From the NCBI GenBank assembly GCA_049366715.1, contig JBMNCQ010000055.1:168542-232541 (forward strand): a stretch of 64,000 nt of DNA, given 5' to 3'. Below, one piece after another: positions 56,556 through 64,000 of the stretch (within the stretch, counting starts at the first letter, position 1; each line of letters begins with the position of its first letter). The position numbers and the translations under genes were made by a program. The notes under the pieces were generated by a model that was not told where the DNA came from, made no database searches, and worked only from the letters and a program-made list of their open reading frames with translations. Origin of the DNA: Peptococcaceae bacterium. Its GTDB lineage: Bacteria; Bacillota; Peptococcia; Peptococcales; BICA1-8.

Positions 56556-57632
56556 CTATTTACTCATAAGTTTTGCCAGAAATTCTTCAAAAAGATACGC
56601 AGAATCCTGGGGTCCCGGCGCAGCTTCCGGGTGATATTGGACACTTGCCAGGGGAAGGCTTTTATGCCGTAAACCTTCCACCGTATTATCATTTAAATTC
56701 ATATGGGTGATTTCTACGTCCTGATTCAGACTGGCAGGATTAACTGCAAAACCATGATTTTGCGAGGTAATATACACTTTACCGGTACGAAGGTCCTTTA
56801 CCGGGTGATTGCCGCCCCGGTGTCCGAACTTAAGCTTATAGGTTTCTCCTCCTAAAGCCAGGCCAAGGAGCTGATGCCCCATACAGATACCGAAAATGGG
56901 AAGCTTCCTGGTGATTAATTCTTTGATCGTTTCAACTGCCCAGGGTACATCCTGGGGGTCCCCGGGTCCGTTGGAAAGCAGGATTCCGTCAGGTTTATGC
57001 TTTAATATTTCCGGGGCCGTCATATCGGCAGGGACAACAATAACCGTACAGCCCCTCCGCTGAAGTTTGCGGAGAGAATTATTCTTGACCCCGAAATCCA
57101 TAACGACTACCCGCTGCGGCCCGCCGGGAAGAATATAGGGAAAAGGGGTACTCACCTCTTTGATCAGCTTTTGCCCGGAAAGAGCCGGAACCTGCTTAAC
57201 CAATTTTAATAATTCCTCTACATCTGTCCCGTCATTACAAATAATTCCGGCCATTGTTCCCCGGGTTCGCAGATGCTTGGTTACAGCTCTGGTGTCAATG
57301 CCCGCTAAGCCGATTAATTCGTTCTCCGTCAGAAATTTTTGCAGATCCTGGTCAGCCCGCCAGCTGCTCGGGTCGGCACATCCTTCCTTTACAATAATGC
57401 CCCGGGCAAAAACCTTTTTACTTTCCCAATCGGTATTATTTGTTCCGTAATTACCGAGCAAAGGATAGGTGAAATTGATGATTTCCCCTGCATAGGAAGG
57501 ATCGGTGAGTATTTCCTGATAACCCACCATGCTGGTATTAAACACAATTTCACCTTGAGCTTTTCCCAAAGAGCCTAAGGCCCTGCCGGAAAATACCGTA
57601 CCATCTTCTAATACCAGATTTGCTTTACTCAT
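56556..57632 (-). CDS. carA: carbamoyl-phosphate synthase small (glutaminase) subunit
   Basis: Start set at [11 protein letters not shown] (AAAGGTGA RBS); catalytic GICMGHQ, HGF. Confidence 0.95.
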   Translation of the reverse strand: MSKANLVLEDGTVFSGRALGSLGKAQGEIVFNTSMVGYQEILTDPSYAGEIINFTYPLLGNYGTNNTDWESKKVFARGIIVKEGCADPSSWRADQDLQKFLTENELIGLAGIDTRAVTKHLRTRGTMAGIICNDGTDVEELLKLVKQVPALSGQKLIKEVSTPFPYILPGGPQRVVVMDFGVKNNSLRKLQRRGCTVIVVPADMTAPEILKHKPDGILLSNGPGDPQDVPWAVETIKELITRKLPIFGICMGHQLLGLALGGETYKLKFGHRGGNHPVKDLRTGKVYITSQNHGFAVNPASLNQDVEITHMNLNDNTVEGLRHKSLPLASVQYHPEAAPGPQDSAYLFEEFLAKLMSK

Positions 57633-58914
57633 ATATTTCACCTTTTTCCATGATTATTTTTCCTGCTTTAATGGTCATTACCGGCCACCCTTTTAGTTCC
57701 CACCCGTCATAGGGATTATTTTTCCCCAGGGAGAAAAACTCTTTCGTATTCACTTTTTGCGTGAGACCGGGATCAATAATCGTGATATCTGCCGTTTTGC
57801 CTTTTTTTAAAGTGCCTCGGTCCAAGCCTAAGATCTGAGCCGGTAGTGTACTCATTGCTTTTACCAGCTGCAGGAGACTAAGGTGTCCCTGCAGATACAG
57901 CTTATCCCACACCAGCGGTACGGCAGTTTCCAAACCACTAATGCCGAAAGGTGCATATTCATATTCAACCTCTTTCTCTTCTGCCGCATGGGGTGCATGA
58001 TCCGTAACGATACAGTCTATTGTTCCGTCCCGGAGGGCTTCAATTAATGCCTGGACATCATCCTGAGTTCTTAAAGGGGGATTTACTTTCGTACTGGTGT
58101 TATACCCGATTACCGCTTCATGATTCAGGGTTAGATGATGGGGGGTAGCCTCTGCCGTAACCTTCACGCCTCTGGCTTTAGCCCGGCGGATGATTTCCAC
58201 ACCGCCGCGGGTCGTGACATGGGCAATATGAATTCTGCTTTTGGTCAATTCAGCTAAACGAACGTCCCGGTCAATAATGATCTCTTCTGCTTCTTTCGGG
58301 ATCCCTGCTAAACCCAGTCCGGTACTGACCAGTCCTTCATTCATCACACCTGCGCCTACCAGATCATCATCCTCACAGTGGCTTATCACTAATAAATTCA
58401 GCATTTTAGCATAATCTAACGCCCGGCGCAGGACACCGGAGTTTTTTACTGTTTTTCCGTCATCAGATAAAGCGGCCGCCCCATGTTCCTGCAAAATTGC
58501 AAATTCGGCAATTTCTTTACCTTCCTGGCCTTTCGTGATACTTGCGATGGGATATACATTAACCAGATCATAGCTTTTCGCCCTGGCCCGGATCAATTCC
58601 AGAACTCCTTCGGTATCTGCCACGGGCTGGGTATTAGGCATACAGGCAATTCCGGTAAATCCTCCCCGGGCAGCCGCCCTGCAGCCGGTAAGAATCGTTT
58701 CTTTATGCTCCTGCCCGGGCTCTCTTAGATGAACATGGATATCGATCAACCCGGGAACAACTACTTTATTAACCCCGTCAATCATTTTCGCCTCTGCAGA
58801 AAGAGGTAAATCTTTGGCAATCTCCTTAATCACTCCATCTTCTACCCTAATATCCAATTGCTCGCAAATATTCTGACTGGGATCAACAACCAGACCATTC
58901 TTAATCAGTAACAT
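57625..58914 (-). CDS. pyrC: dihydroorotase
   Basis: Start set at [12 protein letters not shown] (GGGGGGAGG 8 nt upstream); [10 protein letters not shown] metal-binding motif; overlaps the pyrB stop. Confidence 0.95.
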   Translation of the reverse strand: MLLIKNGLVVDPSQNICEQLDIRVEDGVIKEIAKDLPLSAEAKMIDGVNKVVVPGLIDIHVHLREPGQEHKETILTGCRAAARGGFTGIACMPNTQPVADTEGVLELIRARAKSYDLVNVYPIASITKGQEGKEIAEFAILQEHGAAALSDDGKTVKNSGVLRRALDYAKMLNLLVISHCEDDDLVGAGVMNEGLVSTGLGLAGIPKEAEEIIIDRDVRLAELTKSRIHIAHVTTRGGVEIIRRAKARGVKVTAEATPHHLTLNHEAVIGYNTSTKVNPPLRTQDDVQALIEALRDGTIDCIVTDHAPHAAEEKEVEYEYAPFGISGLETAVPLVWDKLYLQGHLSLLQLVKAMSTLPAQILGLDRGTLKKGKTADITIIDPGLTQKVNTKEFFSLGKNNPYDGWELKGWPVMTIKAGKIIMEKGEIYE

Positions 58915-59836
58915 TAACTCTGCCTCCCCCCATGGCATAAAGTAGTGCCATTCTCACTGCCACACCATTTGTGACCTGTTCTTCAATTACCGATTGACAG
59001 CTTTCGGCCACTTCACCCGTTATTTCAATTCCTCTATTCATTGGTCCGGGATGCATGACTAAAGCATCCTCCCGGGCCAGCCTTAATTTAGATTTATTTA
59101 ATCCATACAGCTTGGCATACTCCCTTACCGAAGGAAAGAGACCTTTCTTTTGCCGTTCTAATTGTATCCTGAGCATTATAACAACGTCTGCATCCTGCAG
59201 AGCCTTCTCCATATCCCAGGTAACGGTAACACCAAGTTGTTCCACTTGTGAAGGCAGCAGCGTCGGCGGACCGCAAACCCAGACATCCCCCCCGAGGAGG
59301 TTCAAGCCGATAATATTGGAACGGGCTACTCTACTGTGCAGCACATCGCCGATAATGGCAATTTTTCTACCTTCAATACTGCCTTTACGTTCAAGAATCG
59401 TATACATATCCAGAAGCCCTTGGGTAGGATGTTCATGGGTTCCGTCCCCGGCATTAATTACCCGGGCTTTAACAGCTTTGGCCAAAATATGATGGGCCCC
59501 GCTGGACGGATGACGCATTACAACAACATCAGCGCCCATGCTGTCAATGGTTTTAGCCGTATCCCGCAAGCTCTCTCCTTTCGCCACACTACTTGAGCCG
59601 GCCGCGATATTAATCACATCCGCACCCATATATTTTCCTGCCAGTTCAAAAGAAGTCCGGGTCCGGGTACTGTTTTCATAAAACAGGTTAATTACGGCTC
59701 TCCCCCTCAAAGTAGGTACTTTTTTTATTTCCCTGCCGATAATTTCTTTCATAGACTTGGTATTGATAAATATTTCCTTAATTTCTTGCACGGTTAAATC
59801 GGACAGGCTAAGCAAATTCTTACTGGCAATACCCAC
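58901..59836 (-). CDS. pyrB: aspartate carbamoyltransferase catalytic subunit (GTG start)
   Basis: 311 aa; [23 protein letters not shown]. Confidence 0.95.
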   Translation of the reverse strand: MGIASKNLLSLSDLTVQEIKEIFINTKSMKEIIGREIKKVPTLRGRAVINLFYENSTRTRTSFELAGKYMGADVINIAAGSSSVAKGESLRDTAKTIDSMGADVVVMRHPSSGAHHILAKAVKARVINAGDGTHEHPTQGLLDMYTILERKGSIEGRKIAIIGDVLHSRVARSNIIGLNLLGGDVWVCGPPTLLPSQVEQLGVTVTWDMEKALQDADVVIMLRIQLERQKKGLFPSVREYAKLYGLNKSKLRLAREDALVMHPGPMNRGIEITGEVAESCQSVIEEQVTNGVAVRMALLYAMGGGRVNVTD

Positions 59837-59873
59837 GAAATATACCCCCTTTGGATAAGTTAATGTATAAAAA

Positions 59874-60048
59874 TAGTTTATAGTTTGGTGATTAGTAATT
59901 AGTGACTGGTGACTGGTAACTAATCATAGTATCAGTAAAGTTCATAGAGCATAGTTTATCGTTTAGTGACTAGTGATTAGTAACTGGCATAGTTAAGTTT
60001 ATAGTTTATAGTTCTCAGTTCTCAGTTCTCAATTAGTTAGTTAGTGAC
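59874..60048. repeat. heptanucleotide repeat block F in the pyrB leader: 25 phased 7-mers (175 nt)
   Basis: TAGTTTA TAGTTTG GTGATTA GTAATTA GTGACTG GTGACTG GTAACTA ATCATAG TATCAGT AAAGTTC ATAGAGC ATAGTTT ATCGTTT AGTGACT AGTGATT AGTAACT GGCATAG TTAAGTT TATAGTT TATAGTT CTCAGTT CTCAGTT CTCAATT AGTTAGT TAGTGAC. Confidence 0.9.
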
Positions 60049-60170
60049 CGGCAAGTTTTTTGAGCAGATGTATCACTCAAAGTATTCCCTAAGAAACAGA
60101 TCCTAATAGTTTCACATTGCGCTGCTTCCGGATAAGCAATTGGTTTATTGCCCTATTTAAGTCTGATCTA

Positions 60171-60297
60171 TAAAAAGCCGGGTCTGTTCGACCCGGCAAG
60201 TTTCCTAAAAATAAGCTGCAGGTGACAGCAGAACTTACTACTCTACGATCAGTCACCAACACTGTCCTTGCCGGCCTCTCCGGACCGATTTAAAGGC
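60171..60297 (-). promoter_or_regulatory. PyrR-type transcription attenuator 1 (binding loop, antiterminator, terminator)
   Basis: Minus-strand RNA: CCUUUAAAUCGGUCCGGAGAGGCCGGCAAGGACAG (60263-60297) resembles the PyrR binding-loop consensus (UCCAGAGAGGCU...CAAGG). CCGGCAAG can pair with CUUGCCGG of the terminator GCCGGGUC-GAACA-GACCCGGC-UUUUUA (60171-60197). Confidence 0.7.
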
Positions 60298-60380
60298 TCC
60301 TTTATTTATTTGTCTACATCTCTAAGCTCTCGTTTATTTATTGCTCTACAGCTCCAAGCTGTTATTCTGTAGTATTTATA

Positions 60381-60530
60381 TAAAAAACCGGGTCTTTTCG
60401 ACCCGGCAAGTATATTAAGCAATACGAATGATAGCAGAATGAACTTATCCTTATGCTGGCAGCCACTGATTAACAAGTCGTAACCGTCACTGCTGTCCTT
60501 GCCGGCCTCTCCGGACCGATTTAAAGGCTT
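60381..60530 (-). promoter_or_regulatory. PyrR-type transcription attenuator 2 (distal tandem copy)
   Basis: Same architecture: GCCUUUAAAUCGGUCCGGAGAGGCCGGCAAGGACAG (60494-60530) and terminator CUUGCCGGGUC-GAAAA-GACCCGG-UUUUUUA (60381-60410). The 35-nt binding-loop segment is identical to attenuator 1. Confidence 0.7.
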
Positions 60531-60739
60531 ATTATTTATTTATTTCATTATATCCTTAGCAAAAGATAAAGACAAGCTATTTTACTAAAAATCATATTAT
60601 TGCTATAATATTTCTCTGAGGTTACTTTTTTGGTCAGGAGTTCTCTTTCTGGCTACTTTGCCGGTCAGTTTGTCTGCCCGGTAAGCTTCGCCACTGGCTA
60701 ACCTGACCAACCCATGAGAAAAGAATAGAGGAGATTATT

Positions 60740-61372
60740 ATGATAATAAAAGGCATATTATTTGACTTAGACGGAACATTATTAAACACGAACGAATTAA
60801 TTATCGAAACTTTTCAATATACATATAAAAATGTCTTGGGCCTGGACGTACCTCGGGAAGAGATTGTCCGGTATTTCGGGGAGCCGTTAATTGATACTCT
60901 GGCTAAGTACGGTCCGGATAAAGTTGAGCTTTTAGTTAAAACCTACCGGGACTACAACTTTAAAAGACATGATGAAATTACTACTATTTTTCCCGGTGTC
61001 AAAGAAACAGTCATCCGGTTAAAAGAAAAAGGCTATCTCCTGGCGGTAGTAACCTCCAAAAAGAATACCGGGGCCAAAAAAGGTCTGGACCTTTTCGGTC
61101 TTACAGCCTATATGGATTTTCTGGTAGGGTATGACGACACCAAGAAGCATAAACCTGACCCCGACCCTATTCATAAAGCTTTACAAGGTCTTGATTTACA
61201 GCCGGCAGAAGCTCTTATGGTAGGGGACAGCCATTATGATATATTATGCGGTAAAAACGCGGGGACGCAAACGGCAGTAGTTAAATATACTGAACACGCC
61301 TTGGAAAAATTACTGGAATTAAAGCCCGATTATATTTTGCATGAACTCAAGGATCTCCTCAATATTCTTTAA
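60740..61372 (+). CDS. HAD-superfamily phosphatase (PpaX / phosphoglycolate phosphatase-like)
   Basis: 210 aa; motif I FDLDGTL, motif II VTSK, motif IV GDSHYD. Confidence 0.8.
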   Translation: MIIKGILFDLDGTLLNTNELIIETFQYTYKNVLGLDVPREEIVRYFGEPLIDTLAKYGPDKVELLVKTYRDYNFKRHDEITTIFPGVKETVIRLKEKGYLLAVVTSKKNTGAKKGLDLFGLTAYMDFLVGYDDTKKHKPDPDPIHKALQGLDLQPAEALMVGDSHYDILCGKNAGTQTAVVKYTEHALEKLLELKPDYILHELKDLLNIL

Positions 61373-61474
61373 AACCGGCTATTCCCCACAGAAAATCCTG
61401 ACCCACCGGCTATTCTCCACAGAAAACTTACTTACAAGCTTCAACTTGCAAATAATCTTCTCCCTGAGAATCAT

Positions 61475-62869
61475 TCAAATTCCGTATTTTTTTTTCTTGC
61501 GGACGAGTGTCGAAACATCTATCCCTAGCTGAGCAGCCGTATTCCTCAAGGGTCCGCAAACGGTCAAGGCCTTTTTTATCACTTCATATTCTACCTGTTC
61601 CAGGATTTTTTTCAGCTCAAAGGATTCATAATAATCAGGAGTAGAAATATACTGGGTATGATCAGCAGACTGTTTAATGAAATGGGGAACACATACTTCA
61701 TCAATCATATTACCTTCTGCCAGCACGACCATTCTTTCTAAGACATTTTTGAGCTCCCGCACATTTCCGGGCCAGTTATAATTCACTAAAAGCTCCACAA
61801 CCTGGGGACTTATTTTTTTATTAAATCCAAATTTGTCATTTTTCATTTTAATAAAATGAACGATCAGAGGAACGATATCCTCTTTTCGTTCCCTGAGAGG
61901 GGGAATAAAAATAGGAATGACATTTAAACGGTAATATAAATCCTGTCTGAATTTGTTATCTTTAATGAGTTTTTCCAAATCGTTGTTGGTAGCGGCAATA
62001 ATTCTGGTATTAATCGTAACTGTTTTTGTACCCCCGACCCTATACATCTTGTTATACTGCAAAACATCCAGGAGCTTAACCTGGGTTTCTTTAGTTATTT
62101 CACCAATTTCATCTAAAAACAGAGTTCCTCCGTTTGCCAATTCGAACATACCCCGCTTACCACTTTTGGAGGCCCCGGTAAATGCCCCCGGTTCATAGCC
62201 GAATAGTTCAGACTCCAGTAATGATTCCGGAATAGCGCTGCAGTTAATATGGATAAAGGGCCGCTGACGGGAAGAACCTCCGGCATCATGGATATACCTG
62301 GCGATCAGATCCTTACCGACACCCGATTCCCCCTGAATAAGCACAGGTGAACTCACATGAGATATCCGCACAGCAAGACGCAGAATATTTTGTACGACCG
62401 GACTATTGGCTACGATAATATTTTCCCGGTAATCCCGCTTCATCTTCCACAGCAGCTGCCTGTATTCATTATTGAGAGCATTTGTGCTTTTCAGCTTTTC
62501 TTGCAGATTAAGCAGTTCCGTAATATCCCGGACATTGGAAAAAATCCTGACTAAACATCCTTCATCATCAAATATCGGAATACTGGTGACAAGGGCCGAT
62601 ACCCCATTATAATAGTCAATTACCTTCGTAACAGGCTTCCGGGTCTTGGCCACTTCCGGAGAACAGGCATCAGGAATTTCCCTGTTTCTAATCAGACTTC
62701 GCATATCATAGCCGATAACTTTGTCTTTACATAACCCTGAGATGCGCAAATATGCCTCATTACAATAGATTGCCTTTCCCTGACAATCAGTAATAAAAAT
62801 CCCGTCATATGAGGCATCAATTATCTTTTGCAGCAACTCATTTTCGACTTTTAACTGCTTGCAATTCAT
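61475..62869 (-). CDS. sigma54-dependent transcriptional activator (PAS, AAA+, Fis-type HTH)
   Basis: 464 aa; Walker A GESGVGKD, sigma54-contact loop EPGAFTGA, Walker B LFLDEIGE, C-terminal HTH NTAAQLGIDVSTLVRK. Confidence 0.9.
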   Translation of the reverse strand: MNCKQLKVENELLQKIIDASYDGIFITDCQGKAIYCNEAYLRISGLCKDKVIGYDMRSLIRNREIPDACSPEVAKTRKPVTKVIDYYNGVSALVTSIPIFDDEGCLVRIFSNVRDITELLNLQEKLKSTNALNNEYRQLLWKMKRDYRENIIVANSPVVQNILRLAVRISHVSSPVLIQGESGVGKDLIARYIHDAGGSSRQRPFIHINCSAIPESLLESELFGYEPGAFTGASKSGKRGMFELANGGTLFLDEIGEITKETQVKLLDVLQYNKMYRVGGTKTVTINTRIIAATNNDLEKLIKDNKFRQDLYYRLNVIPIFIPPLRERKEDIVPLIVHFIKMKNDKFGFNKKISPQVVELLVNYNWPGNVRELKNVLERMVVLAEGNMIDEVCVPHFIKQSADHTQYISTPDYYESFELKKILEQVEYEVIKKALTVCGPLRNTAAQLGIDVSTLVRKKKKYGI

Positions 62870-62883
62870 ATATATACCCCCAC

Positions 62884-62927
62884 ATATGCACTAATGCATA
62901 CAATTATATGCATTAGTGCATACAATT
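62884..62927. promoter_or_regulatory. tandem 22-bp repeat with palindromic cores: candidate enhancer (UAS) / operator for the sigma54 activator
   Basis: ATATGCACTAATGCATACAATT | ATATGCATTAGTGCATACAATT. The cores ATGCACTAATGCAT and ATGCATTAGTGCAT are reverse complements. They sit 15 nt upstream of the activator ATG and about 110-150 nt upstream of the -24/-12 promoter. Confidence 0.5.
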
Positions 62928-63034
62928 CCTCCAGCAGCAACGGAAAATAAATAATTATTACAAAAATTTTTCCCTTTTTTTTCACTACTAACCCCGCTCC
63001 GGACTATACTAATATCCCTTGTGAAAGCTATAGC

Positions 63035-63050
63035 CGGCATGCATCTTGCA
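63035..63050 (+). promoter_or_regulatory. sigma54 (-24/-12) promoter candidate
   Basis: CGGCATGCATCTTGCA versus consensus TGGCACG-N4-TTGCW: GG and GC are exactly 12 nt apart and the TTGCA is complete. Confidence 0.6.
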
Positions 63051-63201
63051 TTAACTATATGTGTATTCACTAAATTCTGTGCAGTCCTGTCGGATAATCG
63101 GTAAACTAAATTCCTGTTCAATCCTAAAAGACCTTTTATGTCTCTTTAGCTGACAGGTTGAGTTTACCGAGCCTGCGCAGAAGAATAGGAGGTGAAGCTT
63201 G

Positions 63202-63321
63202 ATGCTAAACATCCAAGCAGCGCATGACCTGGTAAGGACAACGAAATTCAGATACCTGCAAAATCTTTACCGGATGTTATCGAAAAAAGCGACAAAAGCT
63301 GCGGATTATAAGCAAAGCTGA
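63202..63321 (+). CDS. 39-codon ORF downstream of the sigma54 promoter (micro-protein or part of an sRNA)
   Basis: MLNIQAAHDLVRTTKFRYLQNLYRMLSKKATKAADYKQS; TAGGAGGTGA RBS 7 nt upstream; followed by the 20-bp hairpin terminator. Confidence 0.4.
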   Translation: MLNIQAAHDLVRTTKFRYLQNLYRMLSKKATKAADYKQS

Positions 63322-63334
63322 CCATACCCATGAT

Positions 63335-63377
63335 CCAACCTAAGAAAGACCTGCTGCGCAGGTCTTTTTTAGGTTGG
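63335..63377. terminator. bidirectional terminator (20-bp stem)
   Basis: CCAACCTAAGAAAGACCTGC-TGC-GCAGGTCTTTTTTAGGTTGG between convergent transcription units. Confidence 0.85.
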
Positions 63378-63418
63378 ATGCTAAAAGTTCCTGAATACAC
63401 GAAATAACCCCGCACCGG

Positions 63419-63946
63419 TTAACGATATCCTCCGACATTAGGACCAAAAGGATAACCATAGCCCTCTTGTGATCCTGCAAGTATCCAGTATACAGCAATT
63501 GCTGCACCCTCACCGATCAAATCCTGACAGAATTTACCCTGTTCCCTGCTATGCCATTGAAAATCCTTTACCAGCTGACCACAATTTACTTCACCGAATT
63601 TTTCCTGAAAAGTTTTTGGTATTTGATTAAACAACCTGTATACACCCTGTTCGCCGTTAAGCTGTTCAATTCTATCTGCAATTTTTTCCCCGGCCAGTGG
63701 ATTGGTGCGCCCATGAACGCTGCTTACCGCTAAAATCGCCCCGCTTAAAGCACCGCAGTTGTTTCCGGACAGCCCGATCCCTCCGCCAAACCCGGTTGCT
63801 AAAGCAATTACTGAAGGCGGTAAATCTGACAAGCCTAAATCCAACACTGCTTTCAATACACATTCCGCACAATTCATCCCTGTTTTAAAATAATCCCGGG
63901 CCTTCTCCCTGGCCGCCTTAATCAGTTCTTCATTATTTCTCTTCAT
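63419..63946 (-). CDS. C_GCAxxG_C_C-family redox-active protein
   Basis: 175 aa; GMNCAECV..., GNNCGALSGA, CGQLV, FCQDL Cys pattern of this family. Confidence 0.75.
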   Translation of the reverse strand: MKRNNEELIKAAREKARDYFKTGMNCAECVLKAVLDLGLSDLPPSVIALATGFGGGIGLSGNNCGALSGAILAVSSVHGRTNPLAGEKIADRIEQLNGEQGVYRLFNQIPKTFQEKFGEVNCGQLVKDFQWHSREQGKFCQDLIGEGAAIAVYWILAGSQEGYGYPFGPNVGGYR

Positions 63947-64000
63947 TCTTAAACACCCCCTGTATCTTTTCTAGCTCTCTTTTAAAAGTCCTTTCTTCCT

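Noticed and set aside
7948-60048. Whether the heptamer repeat blocks could be CRISPR arrays.
   Set aside because: The units are 7 nt, directly abutting, with no unique spacers. There are no cas genes, and the blocks are dispersed in ordinary intergenic spacers.
62891-63121. A 76-aa minus-strand ORF in the sigma54 divergent region.
   Set aside because: It has no RBS, overlaps the palindromic repeats and the -24/-12 element, and has Cys/Asn-rich odd composition.
1-64000. A search for mobile elements, prophage, rRNA or tRNA genes.
   Set aside because: No transposase, integrase or recombinase-like ORF was recognised. No cloverleaf-like or rRNA-like conserved segments were recognised either. The only repeat families are the heptamer blocks and the gene paralogs.

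Overview
This window comes from an endospore-forming anaerobic Firmicute (Clostridia). The gene content looks Peptococcaceae/Desulfitobacteriaceae-like, but the taxon is only a guess. I call about 76 coding regions.

Housekeeping blocks:
- hdrC-hdrB-hdrA (1-2991; hdrA is cut by the window edge).
- Cyclophilin, nitroreductase and a GntR regulator.
- A NitT/TauT-type ABC transporter next to menA.
- An MFS transporter, cfa and ubiE/menG.
- An orphan PAS histidine kinase.
- A complete pyrimidine operon, pyrB-pyrC-carA-carB-pyrF-pyrE-pyrK-pyrD (50088-59836, minus strand), preceded by two tandem PyrR-type attenuators.
- A HAD phosphatase and a sigma54 enhancer-binding protein.

Sporulation content is very high:
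- A CotS-like kinase, plus GT2-TPR and GT4 glycosyltransferases.
- Three Pro/Tyr-rich mini-proteins and a Cys-rich paralog pair.
- A CAP-domain protein.
- A gerA-type germinant receptor operon (A-C-B-B).
- Two DUF1540 proteins, one DUF1657 protein and one YqhV-like protein.

Most unusual observations:
1. A ~7 kb island (24.4-31.6 kb) contains only small or low-complexity orphan genes. Ten of them are tiny (36-49 aa) membrane-protein genes in two families, most missed or mis-extended by the ORF track.
2. An AC-N16/17-CATAnnnT(A/G) motif, typical of mother-cell sigmaK/E promoters, sits in front of at least 12 coat-like genes.
3. Six intergenic blocks are built from phased heptanucleotide repeats (up to 25 units), several of them inside operons.
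4. A sigma54 activator has 22-bp tandem repeats upstream and a divergent -24/-12 promoter that drives only a 39-codon ORF or sRNA.
5. An orphan ~370-nt promoter-to-terminator non-coding region.

I recognised no rRNA, tRNA, CRISPR, transposase or integrase. All family names come from motif recognition by eye; no database search was run.
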